Below are positions 20,437 through 31,966 of a stretch of 64,000 nucleotides of DNA, in pieces (position 1 is the stretch's first letter; each line of letters starts with the position of its first letter). A model generated the notes under the pieces. It searched no databases and was not told the DNA's origin. It was given only the letters and a program-made list of their open reading frames with translations. The DNA is from an uncultured Actinomycetota bacterium (GTDB lineage Bacteria > Actinomycetota > Actinomycetes > CAVWCF01), in NCBI GenBank assembly GCA_963753435.1, contig CAVWCF010000005.1:64001-128000 (forward strand), in the 5' to 3' direction. A program made the translations under genes and the position numbers.

Positions 20437-20531
20437 GCGCCACCTCCTTGTGGGCTCTTCGTTCTTGTCTCGGCGCCTGCTGCCGTTGGTGATGCGTCCG
20501 AATGGGTGACAGAGCGTCCTACGGTGGGTGC

Positions 20532-22529
20532 GTGTCGAATCGACTGACGAATGCGACGTCCCCCTACTTGCAGCAGCACGCTGAGAACCCGGTGCACTGG
20601 TTTGAATGGGGGCCGGAAGCTTTCGCGCAAGCGCGGGATCGCCAGGTGCCGATCCTGCTCAGCGTCGGCTACGCGGCCTGTCACTGGTGCCACGTCATGG
20701 CGCACGAGTCGTTCGAGGACCCCGAGACCGCGGAGTTGATGAACCGTGAGTTCGTAAACATCAAGGTCGACCGGGAGGAACGTCCTGACGTCGACGCCGT
20801 GTACATGGATGCCGTGCAGGGGCTGACCGGACACGGGGGCTGGCCGATGACCGTCTTCTGCACTCCTGAGGGTGACGCGTTCTACGCCGGCACCTACTAC
20901 CCACCGCAGCCACGCCATGGCATGCCCTCGTTCAGCCAGGTGCTGAGCACGGTGGCCCAGACGTGGGCGCAGCGGCGCGACGAGGTGGAGTCGGCAGCGG
21001 AGCGGATCGGGGCCGAGTTGCGCCGGCGTGCAGAAGTAACGGTGGCCGGGCAACCGCCCGCCGCGGACGACCTCGCGGCGGCCGTTGCCGCGTTGGGTGC
21101 CCAGTTCGACGGGGAACGAGGCGGTTTCGGCGGTGCGCCGAAGTTCCCGCCCTCGATGCTGGCCGAGTTCCTGTTGCGTCACCATGCCCGCACCGGGGAT
21201 GCCGACGCCCTGCGGATGGTCTCGGAATCGTTGACGGCGATGGCCCGAGGCGGCATCTACGACCAACTGGCTGGCGGCTTCGCGCGCTACAGCGTGGACG
21301 CCGATTGGGTGGTGCCGCACTTCGAGAAGATGCTGTACGACAACGCGCTGCTGCTGCGCGTGTACGCGCACTGGTGGCGGTTGACGGGTTCGCCGCTGGC
21401 CGAGCGCGTGGCCCGGCAGACCGCGGACTTCCTGCTCACGGATCTGCGGACCCCTGAGGGCGGATTTGCAGCATCGTTGGACGCTGACACCGATGGCGTC
21501 GAGGGCGCGACGTACGTATGGAATCCGCACGAACTGACGGCGGTCCTCGGCGCCGATGACGGACGGTGGGCTGCCCGTCAGTTCGAGGTGACCGACGCTG
21601 GCACCTTTGAAGACGGTCGTTCCGTACTTCAACTGCGCGACGACCCGGATGACTCCGACCGGTACGAGCGGGTGTGCCAGGCGTTGCTGGAGGCGCGGCG
21701 ACTGCGCCCGCAGCCGGCCCGCGACGACAAGGTCGTCACCGCATGGAACGGGTGGGCGATCGCGGCGTTGGCGGAGGCGGGGGTCCTATTCGATGCGCCG
21801 GAGTACACCGCCGCGGCCCGACGTGCTGCGGAGTTGATCTGGCGGGTGCACCGCAAAGCGCCGGGCCGGTTGGTTCGGGCCTCCCGTGATGGGACGGCTG
21901 GCGCGCCGGGTGCCGTGCTGGAGGACTACGCCGCTCTCGGGGACGGCCTGCTGACCCTGTTCGGCGTCGACGGTGACGTGCGTTGGTGGCACGCCGCCAC
22001 GGAACTGGCCGATGCCGTGCTGGATCGATTCGGAGACGAGGCCGGGGGCTTCTACGACACCGCCCACGATTCGGAAGCCTTGTCACGACGGCCTAGGGAC
22101 CCCGCCGATTCGGCGACCCCGTCGGGTTGGTTCGCCGCCGCCGGACTGCTGCTCGGGGTCGGCGCGATGTCGGGGCAGGCTCGCTACCGCGATGCGGCCG
22201 TGGCGGCGCTGGGGGCCGCCGGAGTCCTGGCGCGGCAGGCCCCCCGGGCGGCCGGATGGGGGCTGGCGGTGGCAGAGGCGCTCGTGGACGGCCCGCGCGA
22301 GGTAGCGATCGTCGGACCGGCGGACGCCCGCGGCACTTTGGTGCGAACAGCCTGGCTGGGCACGGCACCGGGGCTGCTCGTGGCGCCGGGGGATTCGAAT
22401 CAGGAAACGCCGCCGCTGTTGCGGGGCCGGGATGCGCGTGGCGGCCCGACCGCCTACGTGTGCCGCGGCTTCGTCTGCCAGGCGCCGGTGACCGAGGTCA
22501 GCGACTTGACGGCTCTGGTATCTGTGTAA
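20532..22529 (+). CDS. Thioredoxin domain-containing protein (DUF255/YyaL family)
   Basis: [50 protein letters not shown]. Confidence 0.93.
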   Translation: MSNRLTNATSPYLQQHAENPVHWFEWGPEAFAQARDRQVPILLSVGYAACHWCHVMAHESFEDPETAELMNREFVNIKVDREERPDVDAVYMDAVQGLTGHGGWPMTVFCTPEGDAFYAGTYYPPQPRHGMPSFSQVLSTVAQTWAQRRDEVESAAERIGAELRRRAEVTVAGQPPAADDLAAAVAALGAQFDGERGGFGGAPKFPPSMLAEFLLRHHARTGDADALRMVSESLTAMARGGIYDQLAGGFARYSVDADWVVPHFEKMLYDNALLLRVYAHWWRLTGSPLAERVARQTADFLLTDLRTPEGGFAASLDADTDGVEGATYVWNPHELTAVLGADDGRWAARQFEVTDAGTFEDGRSVLQLRDDPDDSDRYERVCQALLEARRLRPQPARDDKVVTAWNGWAIAALAEAGVLFDAPEYTAAARRAAELIWRVHRKAPGRLVRASRDGTAGAPGAVLEDYAALGDGLLTLFGVDGDVRWWHAATELADAVLDRFGDEAGGFYDTAHDSEALSRRPRDPADSATPSGWFAAAGLLLGVGAMSGQARYRDAAVAALGAAGVLARQAPRAAGWGLAVAEALVDGPREVAIVGPADARGTLVRTAWLGTAPGLLVAPGDSNQETPPLLRGRDARGGPTAYVCRGFVCQAPVTEVSDLTALVSV

Positions 22530-22548
22530 TTCTAGTTACATGATTACA
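22525..22548. promoter_or_regulatory. Operator-like palindrome over the start of the 22540 gene
   Basis: TGTAAT-tctag-TTACA-tg-ATTACA: AT-rich inverted and direct TGTAA/TTACA boxes in GC-rich context. Confidence 0.55.
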
Positions 22549-23037
22549 GAACATGAGATCAGGGCATGGCTTCGCGGACGGCTGCCGGACTGGTTTGAGG
22601 ACTGGGACGTTGCCCTCGACCGCGACGAGATCACCATCACGGGTCGGCTGCCAGCCCCCGACGCCGGGGCGGAGGCAGAAGTCGCCGCCGAGGCGCGTGG
22701 GCGCATCGGCAAGTTCCGGGAGAGCACTCGCGCCGAGCGGATCGCCATCGCGAGCGACCTTCAGGACCAGGATGGGCGAAAGGTGGCGTGGGCGGTCATT
22801 TGCGGCCCGGCCGAGGTGCCCTTCACCAGGTTGTCGGTTCCGGTGATGACCCGGTTGCGGCAGCCGGAGCGGCAGGTCTTGGACACGCTGGTCGCGTCCG
22901 GGGTCGCGCGGAGCCGCGCCGAGGCGCTGGCGTGGTGCGTTCGTCTGGTGGGACAGCACGCCGATGACTGGTTGTCGCGCCTGCGGACGGCCCTGCTGGA
23001 CGTCGAGGACGTACGGCGAGCGGATCCGTTGGGCTGA
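22540..23037 (+). CDS. Conserved actinobacterial hypothetical protein with RHH-like C-terminus
   Basis: AWLRGRLPDWF..DRDEITITG..PVMTRLRQPERQVLDTLVASGVARSRAEALAWCV. Confidence 0.8.
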   Translation: MITEHEIRAWLRGRLPDWFEDWDVALDRDEITITGRLPAPDAGAEAEVAAEARGRIGKFRESTRAERIAIASDLQDQDGRKVAWAVICGPAEVPFTRLSVPVMTRLRQPERQVLDTLVASGVARSRAEALAWCVRLVGQHADDWLSRLRTALLDVEDVRRADPLG

Positions 23038-23094
23038 GTCGCGCGGCCGGGCTCGGTACCCTCCCAGGGTCCACCGCAGCGAAAGGGGTCGGGC

Positions 23095-23868
23095 GTGGGC
23101 CTGCGCGACTTGGCCTACGGCGCCTACGAGCGTCGGTTGGCCCGGCAATTGCCGGCGGACCGAATCCCCCGCCACGTGGGCGTCATCCTGGACGGCAATC
23201 GTCGGTGGGCGCGGGAGTTCGGCGGATCGGCCGAAGCCGGCCACCAAGCCGGGTCCGATCGCGTCGAGGAGTTGCTGCGTTGGTGTGAGGACGCCGGGGT
23301 CGAGGTAGTGACCTTGTGGCTGCTCTCCACGGACAACCTCGCGCGCTCCGGCGACGAACTCGACTCGCTGCTTCGGATAATCGACGCCACGGCGAAGCGC
23401 GTGGCGCAGCCTGCCGCCGACCGGGCTTCGCGACGGGTCCACGTTGTCGGCGCTCTCGACATGCTGCCGGACTGGTTGGCCACTTCGCTGAAGGAGGTTG
23501 CGGCATCCACCACCGGCAACGATGGCCTGCTGGTGAATGTCGCGGTCGGCTACGGCGGCCGCCGCGAGATCACCGACGCGGTCCGGTCGTTGCTGTCCGA
23601 GCACGCCGGCAAGGGCACCTCGCTGGACGAACTCGCTGAGGCGCTAACCGTCGAGCACATCGCCGAGCACCTCTACACCCGCGGGCAGCCGGACCCGGAT
23701 CTGGTTATCCGCACCTCCGGGGAGCAGCGGCTGTCCGGTTTTCTGCTGTGGCAATCGGCCCACTCGGAGTTCTACTTCTGCGAGGCCTATTGGCCGGACT
23801 TCCGCCGCGTGGATCTGCTGCGGGCGCTGCGCGCATACGCGGCCCGGCAGCGCCGATTCGGCGGCTGA
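23095..23868 (+). CDS. cis-Isoprenyl diphosphate synthase (UppS family, Rv1086-like short chain)
   Basis: HVGVILDGNRRWA, LSTDNL, YGGRREI, PDLVIRTSGEQRLSGFLLWQ. Confidence 0.95.
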   Translation: MGLRDLAYGAYERRLARQLPADRIPRHVGVILDGNRRWAREFGGSAEAGHQAGSDRVEELLRWCEDAGVEVVTLWLLSTDNLARSGDELDSLLRIIDATAKRVAQPAADRASRRVHVVGALDMLPDWLATSLKEVAASTTGNDGLLVNVAVGYGGRREITDAVRSLLSEHAGKGTSLDELAEALTVEHIAEHLYTRGQPDPDLVIRTSGEQRLSGFLLWQSAHSEFYFCEAYWPDFRRVDLLRALRAYAARQRRFGG

Positions 23869-23939
23869 CTCATCGGCGTGGCGCGGCGGAATCCGGCAAA
23901 TCGCCGCCTACCTTCGGCGTGACGGCTGGGTACCCGATC

Positions 23940-24088
23940 CGGTCGTCCGGGAGGCCCAACCGGTGCTCGTCAAGAGCAGTCCAGGAGGGCCGGCACCCGG
24001 CCCTCGGGCCCGGTCCCGGACCCTCGCACCCGAGCGGGGTGCCTAACCGTCCGTGCGCCGGTGCCGGTGTGACGGGGATAGCGACTCA
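23940..24088 (+). promoter_or_regulatory. Structured 5' leader of phoH2 (candidate cis-RNA)
   Basis: Serial hairpins, including the perfect 9-bp GAGGGCCGG-cac-CCGGCCCTC (23985-24005). Confidence 0.4.
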
Positions 24089-25423
24089 ATGGTGGCAACC
24101 GAATCCTCCGTCCCCAGTCGTCGCGCGGCGGCACGACGCACATACGTCCTAGACACCTCGGTTCTGCTGTCCGACCCAATGGCGTTGGCGCGCTTCGCCG
24201 AACACGAAGTGGTCATCCCGCTGGTCGTGGTGAGCGAGCTGGAGGCCAAGCGCAACCACCCGGAGCTGGGCTACTTCGCGCGGTCCGCCTTGCGGATGCT
24301 CGACGAGATGCGGGTGCGCCACGGTCGGCTGGATCGGGAGCTCCCAATCGGAGACCTGGGCGGGACGCTGCGAGTAGAGCTCAACCACACCGACCCGGCC
24401 GTGCTGCCGGCCGGAGTGCGGTTGGGGGACAACGACACGCGCATCCTCACGGTGGCTCGTGGCCTGGCCGCTGACGGACTGGACGTGGTGCTGGTATCGA
24501 AGGACCTGCCGCTGCGGGTCAAGGCATCCGCCGTCGGCCTGCCGGCGGAGGAGTATCGCGCCGAGTTGGCCATCGAGTCCGGCTGGACCGGCATGGCCGA
24601 ACTTGATCTGAGCGCCGCCGACATCGACCGCCTTTACGAGACCGAACACCTGGACCTGCCGGCTGATGCCGACCTGCCTTGCCACACGGGTGTGGTCCTG
24701 CTCTCGGAGCGAGGCACGGCCCTGGGCCGGGTCACCAATGACAAGCAGGTGCGCCTGGTCCGCGGCGACCGTGACGCCTTCGGGCTGCATGGACGAAGCG
24801 CCGAGCAGCGAATTGCGCTGGATCTGCTGCTCGATCCCGACGTAGGCATTGTTTCCCTGGGTGGGCGAGCCGGCACCGGCAAGTCCGCCCTGGCCCTGTG
24901 CGCTGGACTGGAGGCAGTGCTGGAGCGAGGTCAGCACCGCAAGGTGGTCGTGTTCCGGCCGCTGTACGCGGTCGGTGGCCAGGAGTTGGGCTATCTGCCG
25001 GGCACGGAGTCGGAGAAGATGAACCCGTGGGCGCAGGCCGTCTACGACACCCTCGGCGCCTTGACCACTACCGACGTGATCGACGAGATCGTGTCGCGCG
25101 GCATGCTCGAGGTCCTGCCGCTGACCCACATCCGCGGCCGCTCCCTGCACGACGCCTTCGTGATCGTGGACGAAGCCCAGAGCCTGGAGCGCAACGTCCT
25201 GCTGACGGTGCTCAGCCGGATCGGCGCTGGGTCACGAGTCGTGTTGACCCACGATGTGGGGCAGCGGGACAACCTGCGGGTCGGGCGTCACGACGGCGTA
25301 GTCGCAGTGGTGGAGAAGCTGAAGGGGCACCCGCTGTTCGCGCACATCACGCTCACGCGGTCGGAGCGGTCACCCATTGCCGCCCTGGTCACCGAGATGC
25401 TGGACGACATCCCGGCGCTGTGA
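24089..25423 (+). CDS. phoH2: PhoH2 (PIN domain plus PhoH ATPase/RNA helicase)
   Basis: [12 protein letters not shown] start, [11 protein letters not shown], Walker [19 protein letters not shown]. Confidence 0.93.
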   Translation: MVATESSVPSRRAAARRTYVLDTSVLLSDPMALARFAEHEVVIPLVVVSELEAKRNHPELGYFARSALRMLDEMRVRHGRLDRELPIGDLGGTLRVELNHTDPAVLPAGVRLGDNDTRILTVARGLAADGLDVVLVSKDLPLRVKASAVGLPAEEYRAELAIESGWTGMAELDLSAADIDRLYETEHLDLPADADLPCHTGVVLLSERGTALGRVTNDKQVRLVRGDRDAFGLHGRSAEQRIALDLLLDPDVGIVSLGGRAGTGKSALALCAGLEAVLERGQHRKVVVFRPLYAVGGQELGYLPGTESEKMNPWAQAVYDTLGALTTTDVIDEIVSRGMLEVLPLTHIRGRSLHDAFVIVDEAQSLERNVLLTVLSRIGAGSRVVLTHDVGQRDNLRVGRHDGVVAVVEKLKGHPLFAHITLTRSERSPIAALVTEMLDDIPAL

Positions 25424-25500
25424 CCTCGGGGTGGGGGGTGGCCGCGAAACGCCATCACCGCACCCGGTGGCGCTTGGGATCAGCGCGCTGCGACGCAACT

Positions 25501-25558
25501 GTGACACAGTGGTGACTCTGGGTAATCTTGGGGCCCTCTGGGTGTGACCCTGCTCACG
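25501..25558. promoter_or_regulatory. MtrA/GlnR-like box and CRP-like box upstream of the lytic transglycosylase
   Basis: GTGAC-N6-GTGAC at 25501-25516; TGTGA-N6-TCACG at 25543-25558. Confidence 0.55.
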
Positions 25559-25737
25559 CTGCGTCGCTCAATCGCGCCCTTCGGTTTGCCGGTTTGGGTT
25601 GCGGGTACCCACCATTCGACGAGTTCACCGCCCGAGTGGGGCCTGCTGGCGTCGATGTGAGTCGCCGCGCCGCCGCACTCATCGGCCGAAGGCCGGGGCG
25701 AGCGGCGCTGACGAGGCCCGCAGGAAGGCAATACGAC

Positions 25738-26472
25738 ATGTCCCGGGTTTCGGTCCGGCATACCGCCGCGTTCACGGCCGCCGCCGTCGGCGTCAGCCTC
25801 TTCGTGCTCTCTCCGGCTGAGATGCTGCCGGCGTCGGCGCAGACACAGACGGGCATCCCGATCAGCGAGGTTGGGGCGCTGCAGGCCAACGGCTACCAGC
25901 AGGCGCACGAGACCGCGTGGGCCAGTTACGGCGCCGCGCGCCACGAGGCCGCGGTCAAAGAGGCGGCGCTGGAGCGCAAGCGTGCCGCCGACGCGGCGTT
26001 GGCTGCGCGCAAGGTCGCTGAGGCCGCTGCCGCCGAAGCCGCTCGCAAGGCTGCTGAGGAGAAGGCTCGCGCTGAGGCCGCTCGCAAGGCCGCTGAGGAG
26101 AAGGCTCGCGCTGAGGCCGCCCGCAAGGCTGCCGCAGAGCGCGCAGCGCGGGCGGCCGCCCGCGCCATCCCGGCCGGCTCGGCCCGGGCGATCGGGCGGG
26201 ACTTGGCTGCCGCGCGTGGCTGGACCGGTCAACAGTGGATCTGCCTGGACAAGCTGTTCACCCGGGAGAGCAACTGGCGGACCAACGCCGCCAACGCGTC
26301 CGGTGCCTACGGGATCCCGCAGGCGCTGCCCGGCTCGAAGATGGCTTCGGCCGGATCCGACTGGCGGACGAACCCGGCCACGCAGATCAAATGGGGACTG
26401 AACTACATCAAGGGCCGGTACGGCACCCCGTGCGGCGCCTGGTCGGCGTTCAACTCCAAGGGTTGGTACTGA
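25738..26472 (+). CDS. Secreted lytic transglycosylase (lysozyme-like) with Ala/Lys/Glu coiled-coil linker
   Basis: QWICLDKLFTRESNW, AYGIPQALPGSKM, NPATQIKWGLNYIKGRYGTPC..GWY; start ATG 25738 after AGGAAGG. Confidence 0.92.
   Translation: MSRVSVRHTAAFTAAAVGVSLFVLSPAEMLPASAQTQTGIPISEVGALQANGYQQAHETAWASYGAARHEAAVKEAALERKRAADAALAARKVAEAAAAEAARKAAEEKARAEAARKAAEEKARAEAARKAAAERAARAAARAIPAGSARAIGRDLAAARGWTGQQWICLDKLFTRESNWRTNAANASGAYGIPQALPGSKMASAGSDWRTNPATQIKWGLNYIKGRYGTPCGAWSAFNSKGWY
26032..26133 (+). repeat. 39-bp coding tandem repeat (AEAARKAAEEKAR, about 2.6 copies)
   Basis: gctgaggccgctcgcaaggc(c/t)gctgaggagaaggctcgc repeated. Confidence 0.85.
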
Positions 26473-26530
26473 CCCCGCACCCCCCCTGGGCCCGCTCCCG
26501 CTCGCCCCGAACTAGACCGTCACTCGTGTG

Positions 26531-26546
26531 AGTGACGTTGGTCACC
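26531..26546. promoter_or_regulatory. CRP-like box upstream of the large secreted protein gene
   Basis: aGTGA-cgttgg-TCACc. Confidence 0.4.
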
Positions 26547-26692
26547 AGTTGGCCCGAACTCCGTTCCTTCGCCGCCGTCCGTGCTAGGAAGGAATCACCC
26601 GAACGGGCTAGTCCCGCGGGCCAGCGAAGTTGATCGGAGCGAGTCATTTCCTTGCGCCTCCCAGCGGGGGCGATCTAAGGAGGGAGGGGGCT

Positions 26693-28835
26693 ATGGGGTC
26701 CTTGAGGAGAACACTTGTAGCAATCAGCGCCAGCGCCGCGATCGCGGTGACCGGTGGCTGTGGGCACCGGCGGCGCAGGCCGCGGCATTGCCGTTCAACC
26801 AGGCGGACCAACTGCCGATCCTGGCGGCTGAGTTCAGCGAAGGCACGTGCCCGGATCAGCCGAACGGGACCGACGGGTGGCACTTCGTCGCTCCGTCTGG
26901 GTCGTTCGATTCGCTGTCGGCCGGGTTCGACACAACCGGCGACGGCCTCGCGGACGTCACGGTCACCATCCCGCCGGACGGGCCGAACGGCTTCTTCACC
27001 AAGGACGACGACAGCCAGGCGTACATCTACGCCCAAGCTGGGGCGGCATTGGTGGCGGCTTCGGCGATTGGCTCGGGCACCGACAAGTTCAATCTGTCGC
27101 ACACGTGTCCTGGCGCAAAGCTGGACGTGAGCAAGACCGCAAGCACCACGTACACCCGCACCTACCAGTGGGACATCGACAAGTCGGTCGACCCGGCCAC
27201 CTGGAACCTGTTCGAAGGTGACTCGGGCACGTCCACCTGGACGGTCGAAGTGGACAAGACCGGCTACGTCGACAGCGCTTGGGCGGTTTCCGGTGGCATC
27301 AAGATCGAGAACAAGACGCTTCTGGATGCAACCGTCGAATCGGTGACGGACATGATCTCCGGGGGCATCAGCCCATCGGTTGACTGTGGTGTCACGTTCC
27401 CGTACACGCTGGTAGCCGGCGGGCAGCTGGACTGCACCTACTCCAGTTCGCTGCCTGACGGGGCCATGCGGTTGAACACCGCGACGGTAACCACCTCCGG
27501 GTGGGTCGGCGGTGGCACGGCGACCGCAGACGTGAAGTTCTCGGACACTCCGAGTTCCATCGTCAACGGGTCGATCAACGTGACGGACACCAACGGCATG
27601 TCCTGGGGTCCTGTTTCCGACGACGACTCGTGGTCGTACGACGAGACCTTCACCTGCGACGAAGATGAAGGCAGTCACAAGAACATCGCCACGATCACCG
27701 AGACCAAGCAGTACGCAGAGGCGTCGGTGCTCGTCAACTGCTACACCCTGAGGGTCACGAAGGACGCGGCGACCTCGCTCGACCGCGACTGGGACTGGAC
27801 CATCGAGAAGAAGGAAAAGGACAACATCAGGGAGCTGAGGTTGTCGACCGACCAGACCTATGACGTGACCTACAAGGTGGACGTCAAGGCCACGCCAGTT
27901 GACTCCAACTGGAAGGTGACTCAAGGCGCTTCGGGGATCCAGGTTTCCAACCCGGCTCCGATCGATGCGGTCATCAAGTCGGTCAGCGACGTGGTGTCGG
28001 TTGGCATCAACGCGACGGTGGACTGCGGTGTGACGTTCCCGTACACACTGGAAGCAGGCAAGACGCTGACGTGCTCCTACTCGGCCGACCTGCCCGATGG
28101 CAGCGACCGGGTGAACACGGCCACCGCAACCCTGCAGAACTACTCCTACGGTGACGGGGACCCGACAGAAGACGGGACCACCGACTTCACCGGCACCGCC
28201 GACGTGCTGTTCGCGAACGCGGTGATCAACGAGTCCGACAAGTGCGTGACCGTGTCGGACCCGCTGATGGGTGACCCGGTCGAGTTGTGCGCCGGCGACA
28301 AGACGATGTGGACGCTGGAGTACACCGCGACCGTTGGCCCGTACGAGGAGTGCGGCGAGTACGAATTCCCGAACACGGCGAGCTTGGCCACCGATGACGG
28401 TGCGACCAAGACGTCGAGTTGGAACATCCTGGTGGACGTGCCGTGTGACACCGGTTGCACGCTGACCATCGGGTACTGGAAGACGCACAGCCCGTACTTC
28501 CGCGACGGAGCAAAGAACGACCCGGCTTGGGACCTCCTGGACGAATGGCACGCATGACACGAAGGCGATCTACGAGATCCTGACCACCCCGCCTCAGCGG
28601 TGACGCCTACTACATCCTGGCGCACCAGTACATCGGGGCGACGCTGAACATCCTCTCGGGTGCCAGCATGAGTGGCGAGGCGTTGGAGGCCTACAACAAG
28701 GCCACCGACCTGATCCACAACAACGGTCCGGGCGTTTCCAAGGCGGACAAGAAGAAGTGGACATCCTTGGCGAGCGTTCTCGACCGGTACAACAACGGCT
28801 ACATCGGCCCAGGTCACTGCGACGAGCAGGTCTGA
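26693..28835 (+). pseudogene. Large secreted beta-rich repeat surface protein with three frameshifts (pseudogene or sequence errors)
   Basis: ATG 26693 after a strong RBS opens signal peptide MGSLRRTLVAISASAAIAVTGG, which shifts frame near 26758 into LWAPAAQAA; after GYWKTH the frame shifts near 28543 and near 28596, then continues GDAYYILAHQYIGATLN..LDRYNNGYIGPGHCDEQV*. Confidence 0.8.
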
Positions 28836-28843
28836 GGTCACAA

Positions 28844-28877
28844 CTTGTGGGGCCGACCTTCGGGTCGGCCCCACAAG
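28844..28877. terminator. Perfect 15-bp hairpin with cUUCGg loop between convergent genes
   Basis: CTTGTGGGGCCGACC-TTCG-GGTCGGCCCCACAAG. Confidence 0.85.
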
Positions 28878-28882
28878 CATGT

Positions 28883-30241
28883 TCACGCCTGGTGTGGCCG
28901 AGCGATCCGGTCGAGGTCCAGTGCTTCGTCCAGTTGCCGACTACTCAGCCGTTCCGGAACGTGTCGCTCGGCGAGTTCGCGAACCGGGCGGCCGCTCTGC
29001 GCGGCTTCCTTCACGATCGCGGCCGCTTCGGTGTAGCCGAGGTACGGATTAAGCGCCGTGATCAGCGCGGCTGACGACTCCGCCAGCGATCGGGTGCGGG
29101 CTTGATCCACTTCCAGACCGGCAATGCAGCGATCCGCCAGCAGGCGGCTGGCCGAGGTCAGCAACTGGATCGACGACAGCAGGTTGCGGGCGATGACGGG
29201 GATCATCGCGTTCAGTTCGAACGCTCCACGGGCACCCGCCCACGCAACTGCGGCGTCGTTGCCGATGACCTGCGCACCAACCTGAACGACGACCTCGGGG
29301 ATGACCGGGTTCACCTTGCCGGGCATGATCGAGGATCCGGCCTGTAGCGGCGGCAGTGCGAACTCACCCAGACCGCCGACCGGCCCGGAGCCCTTCCACC
29401 GGAGGTCTTCGCTGATCTTCGTCAGCGAGACCGCGACCGTCCGGAGTTGGCCGGACAGCTCCACCAGCGCATCGCGCGCCGCCTGCGCCTCAAAGGCGTT
29501 GCGCGCCGGCGACAGGGCCATGCCGACCGTTGTGCCCAACTCCGCGACGACCGCCTGGCGCCACCCGGCTGGGGTGTTCAGTCCAGTGCCCACCGCGGTG
29601 CCGCCCAGCGGCACCTCCGCAACTCGAGGTATCGCCGATTCGAGGCGTTCGATGCCGTGGCCCACCTGCGCGGCCCAGCCGGAGAACTCGTCCCCGACGG
29701 TAAGCGGCACCGCGTCCATCAGGTGAGTTCGGCCCAGCGTCACTGTGCTGGAGTGGCGGCCAGCCTGCTCCGCCAGAGCTTGCTGCAAGTGGCTCAACGC
29801 CGGCAGCAGTCCCCGCATCAGCGCCCTCAGGACCGCGATATGCACGGCGGTAGGCATCACGTCGTTGCTGGATTGGGATGCGTTCACGTGATCGTTGGGA
29901 TGAACGTCGGCACCCAAGCGGGCCGAGGCCAACGTGGCGATCACTTCGTTCACGTTCATGTTGGTTGAGGTGCCTGAACCCGTTTGGAACACGTCGATCG
30001 GGAACTGCTCCGGGTACCTGCCGGCGGCTATGTCGGCGGCCGCGGCCGCAATCTCACCGGCGGTCTCGGCGTCGAGCACACCTAGGCGGGCGTTTACCAC
30101 TGCTGCCGCCTGCTTGATCGCCGCGACTGCTCGGATGACCGACAGCGGCATCGGTTCCCCGGAAACCGGGAAGTTGTCGATGGCAAGCCGGGTCTGCTCG
30201 CCCCATAGGGGATGCGGGGGCGTTTCGATGTCGTCGGTCAC
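28883..30241 (-). CDS. fumC: Class II fumarate hydratase
   Basis: QTGSGTSTNMN, HPNDHVNASQSSND, GRTHLMDAVP, GSSIMPGKVNP. Confidence 0.93.
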   Translation of the reverse strand: MTDDIETPPHPLWGEQTRLAIDNFPVSGEPMPLSVIRAVAAIKQAAAVVNARLGVLDAETAGEIAAAAADIAAGRYPEQFPIDVFQTGSGTSTNMNVNEVIATLASARLGADVHPNDHVNASQSSNDVMPTAVHIAVLRALMRGLLPALSHLQQALAEQAGRHSSTVTLGRTHLMDAVPLTVGDEFSGWAAQVGHGIERLESAIPRVAEVPLGGTAVGTGLNTPAGWRQAVVAELGTTVGMALSPARNAFEAQAARDALVELSGQLRTVAVSLTKISEDLRWKGSGPVGGLGEFALPPLQAGSSIMPGKVNPVIPEVVVQVGAQVIGNDAAVAWAGARGAFELNAMIPVIARNLLSSIQLLTSASRLLADRCIAGLEVDQARTRSLAESSAALITALNPYLGYTEAAAIVKEAAQSGRPVRELAERHVPERLSSRQLDEALDLDRIARPHQA

Positions 30242-30263
30242 GGGACCATCCTGGCCCGATCTG

Positions 30264-31931
<1,668 letters not shown>

Positions 31932-31966
31932 ACGGAGACTTTACGCAGCGCCGGTCAAGGCCGGGA

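Noticed and set aside
25560-25737. c-di-AMP (ydaO) riboswitch
   Set aside because: The signature segments (GCCGAATCC, GGGGAACC, CCCGTCAGCTAAC) are not present
26032-26133. AEAARKAAEEKAR repeat as a novel element
   Set aside because: It is an ordinary variable coiled-coil linker of secreted muralytic enzymes
26581-26757. ORF-track N-terminus of the 658-aa ORF
   Set aside because: It is not protein-like; the RBS, ATG and signal peptide are in another frame starting at 26693
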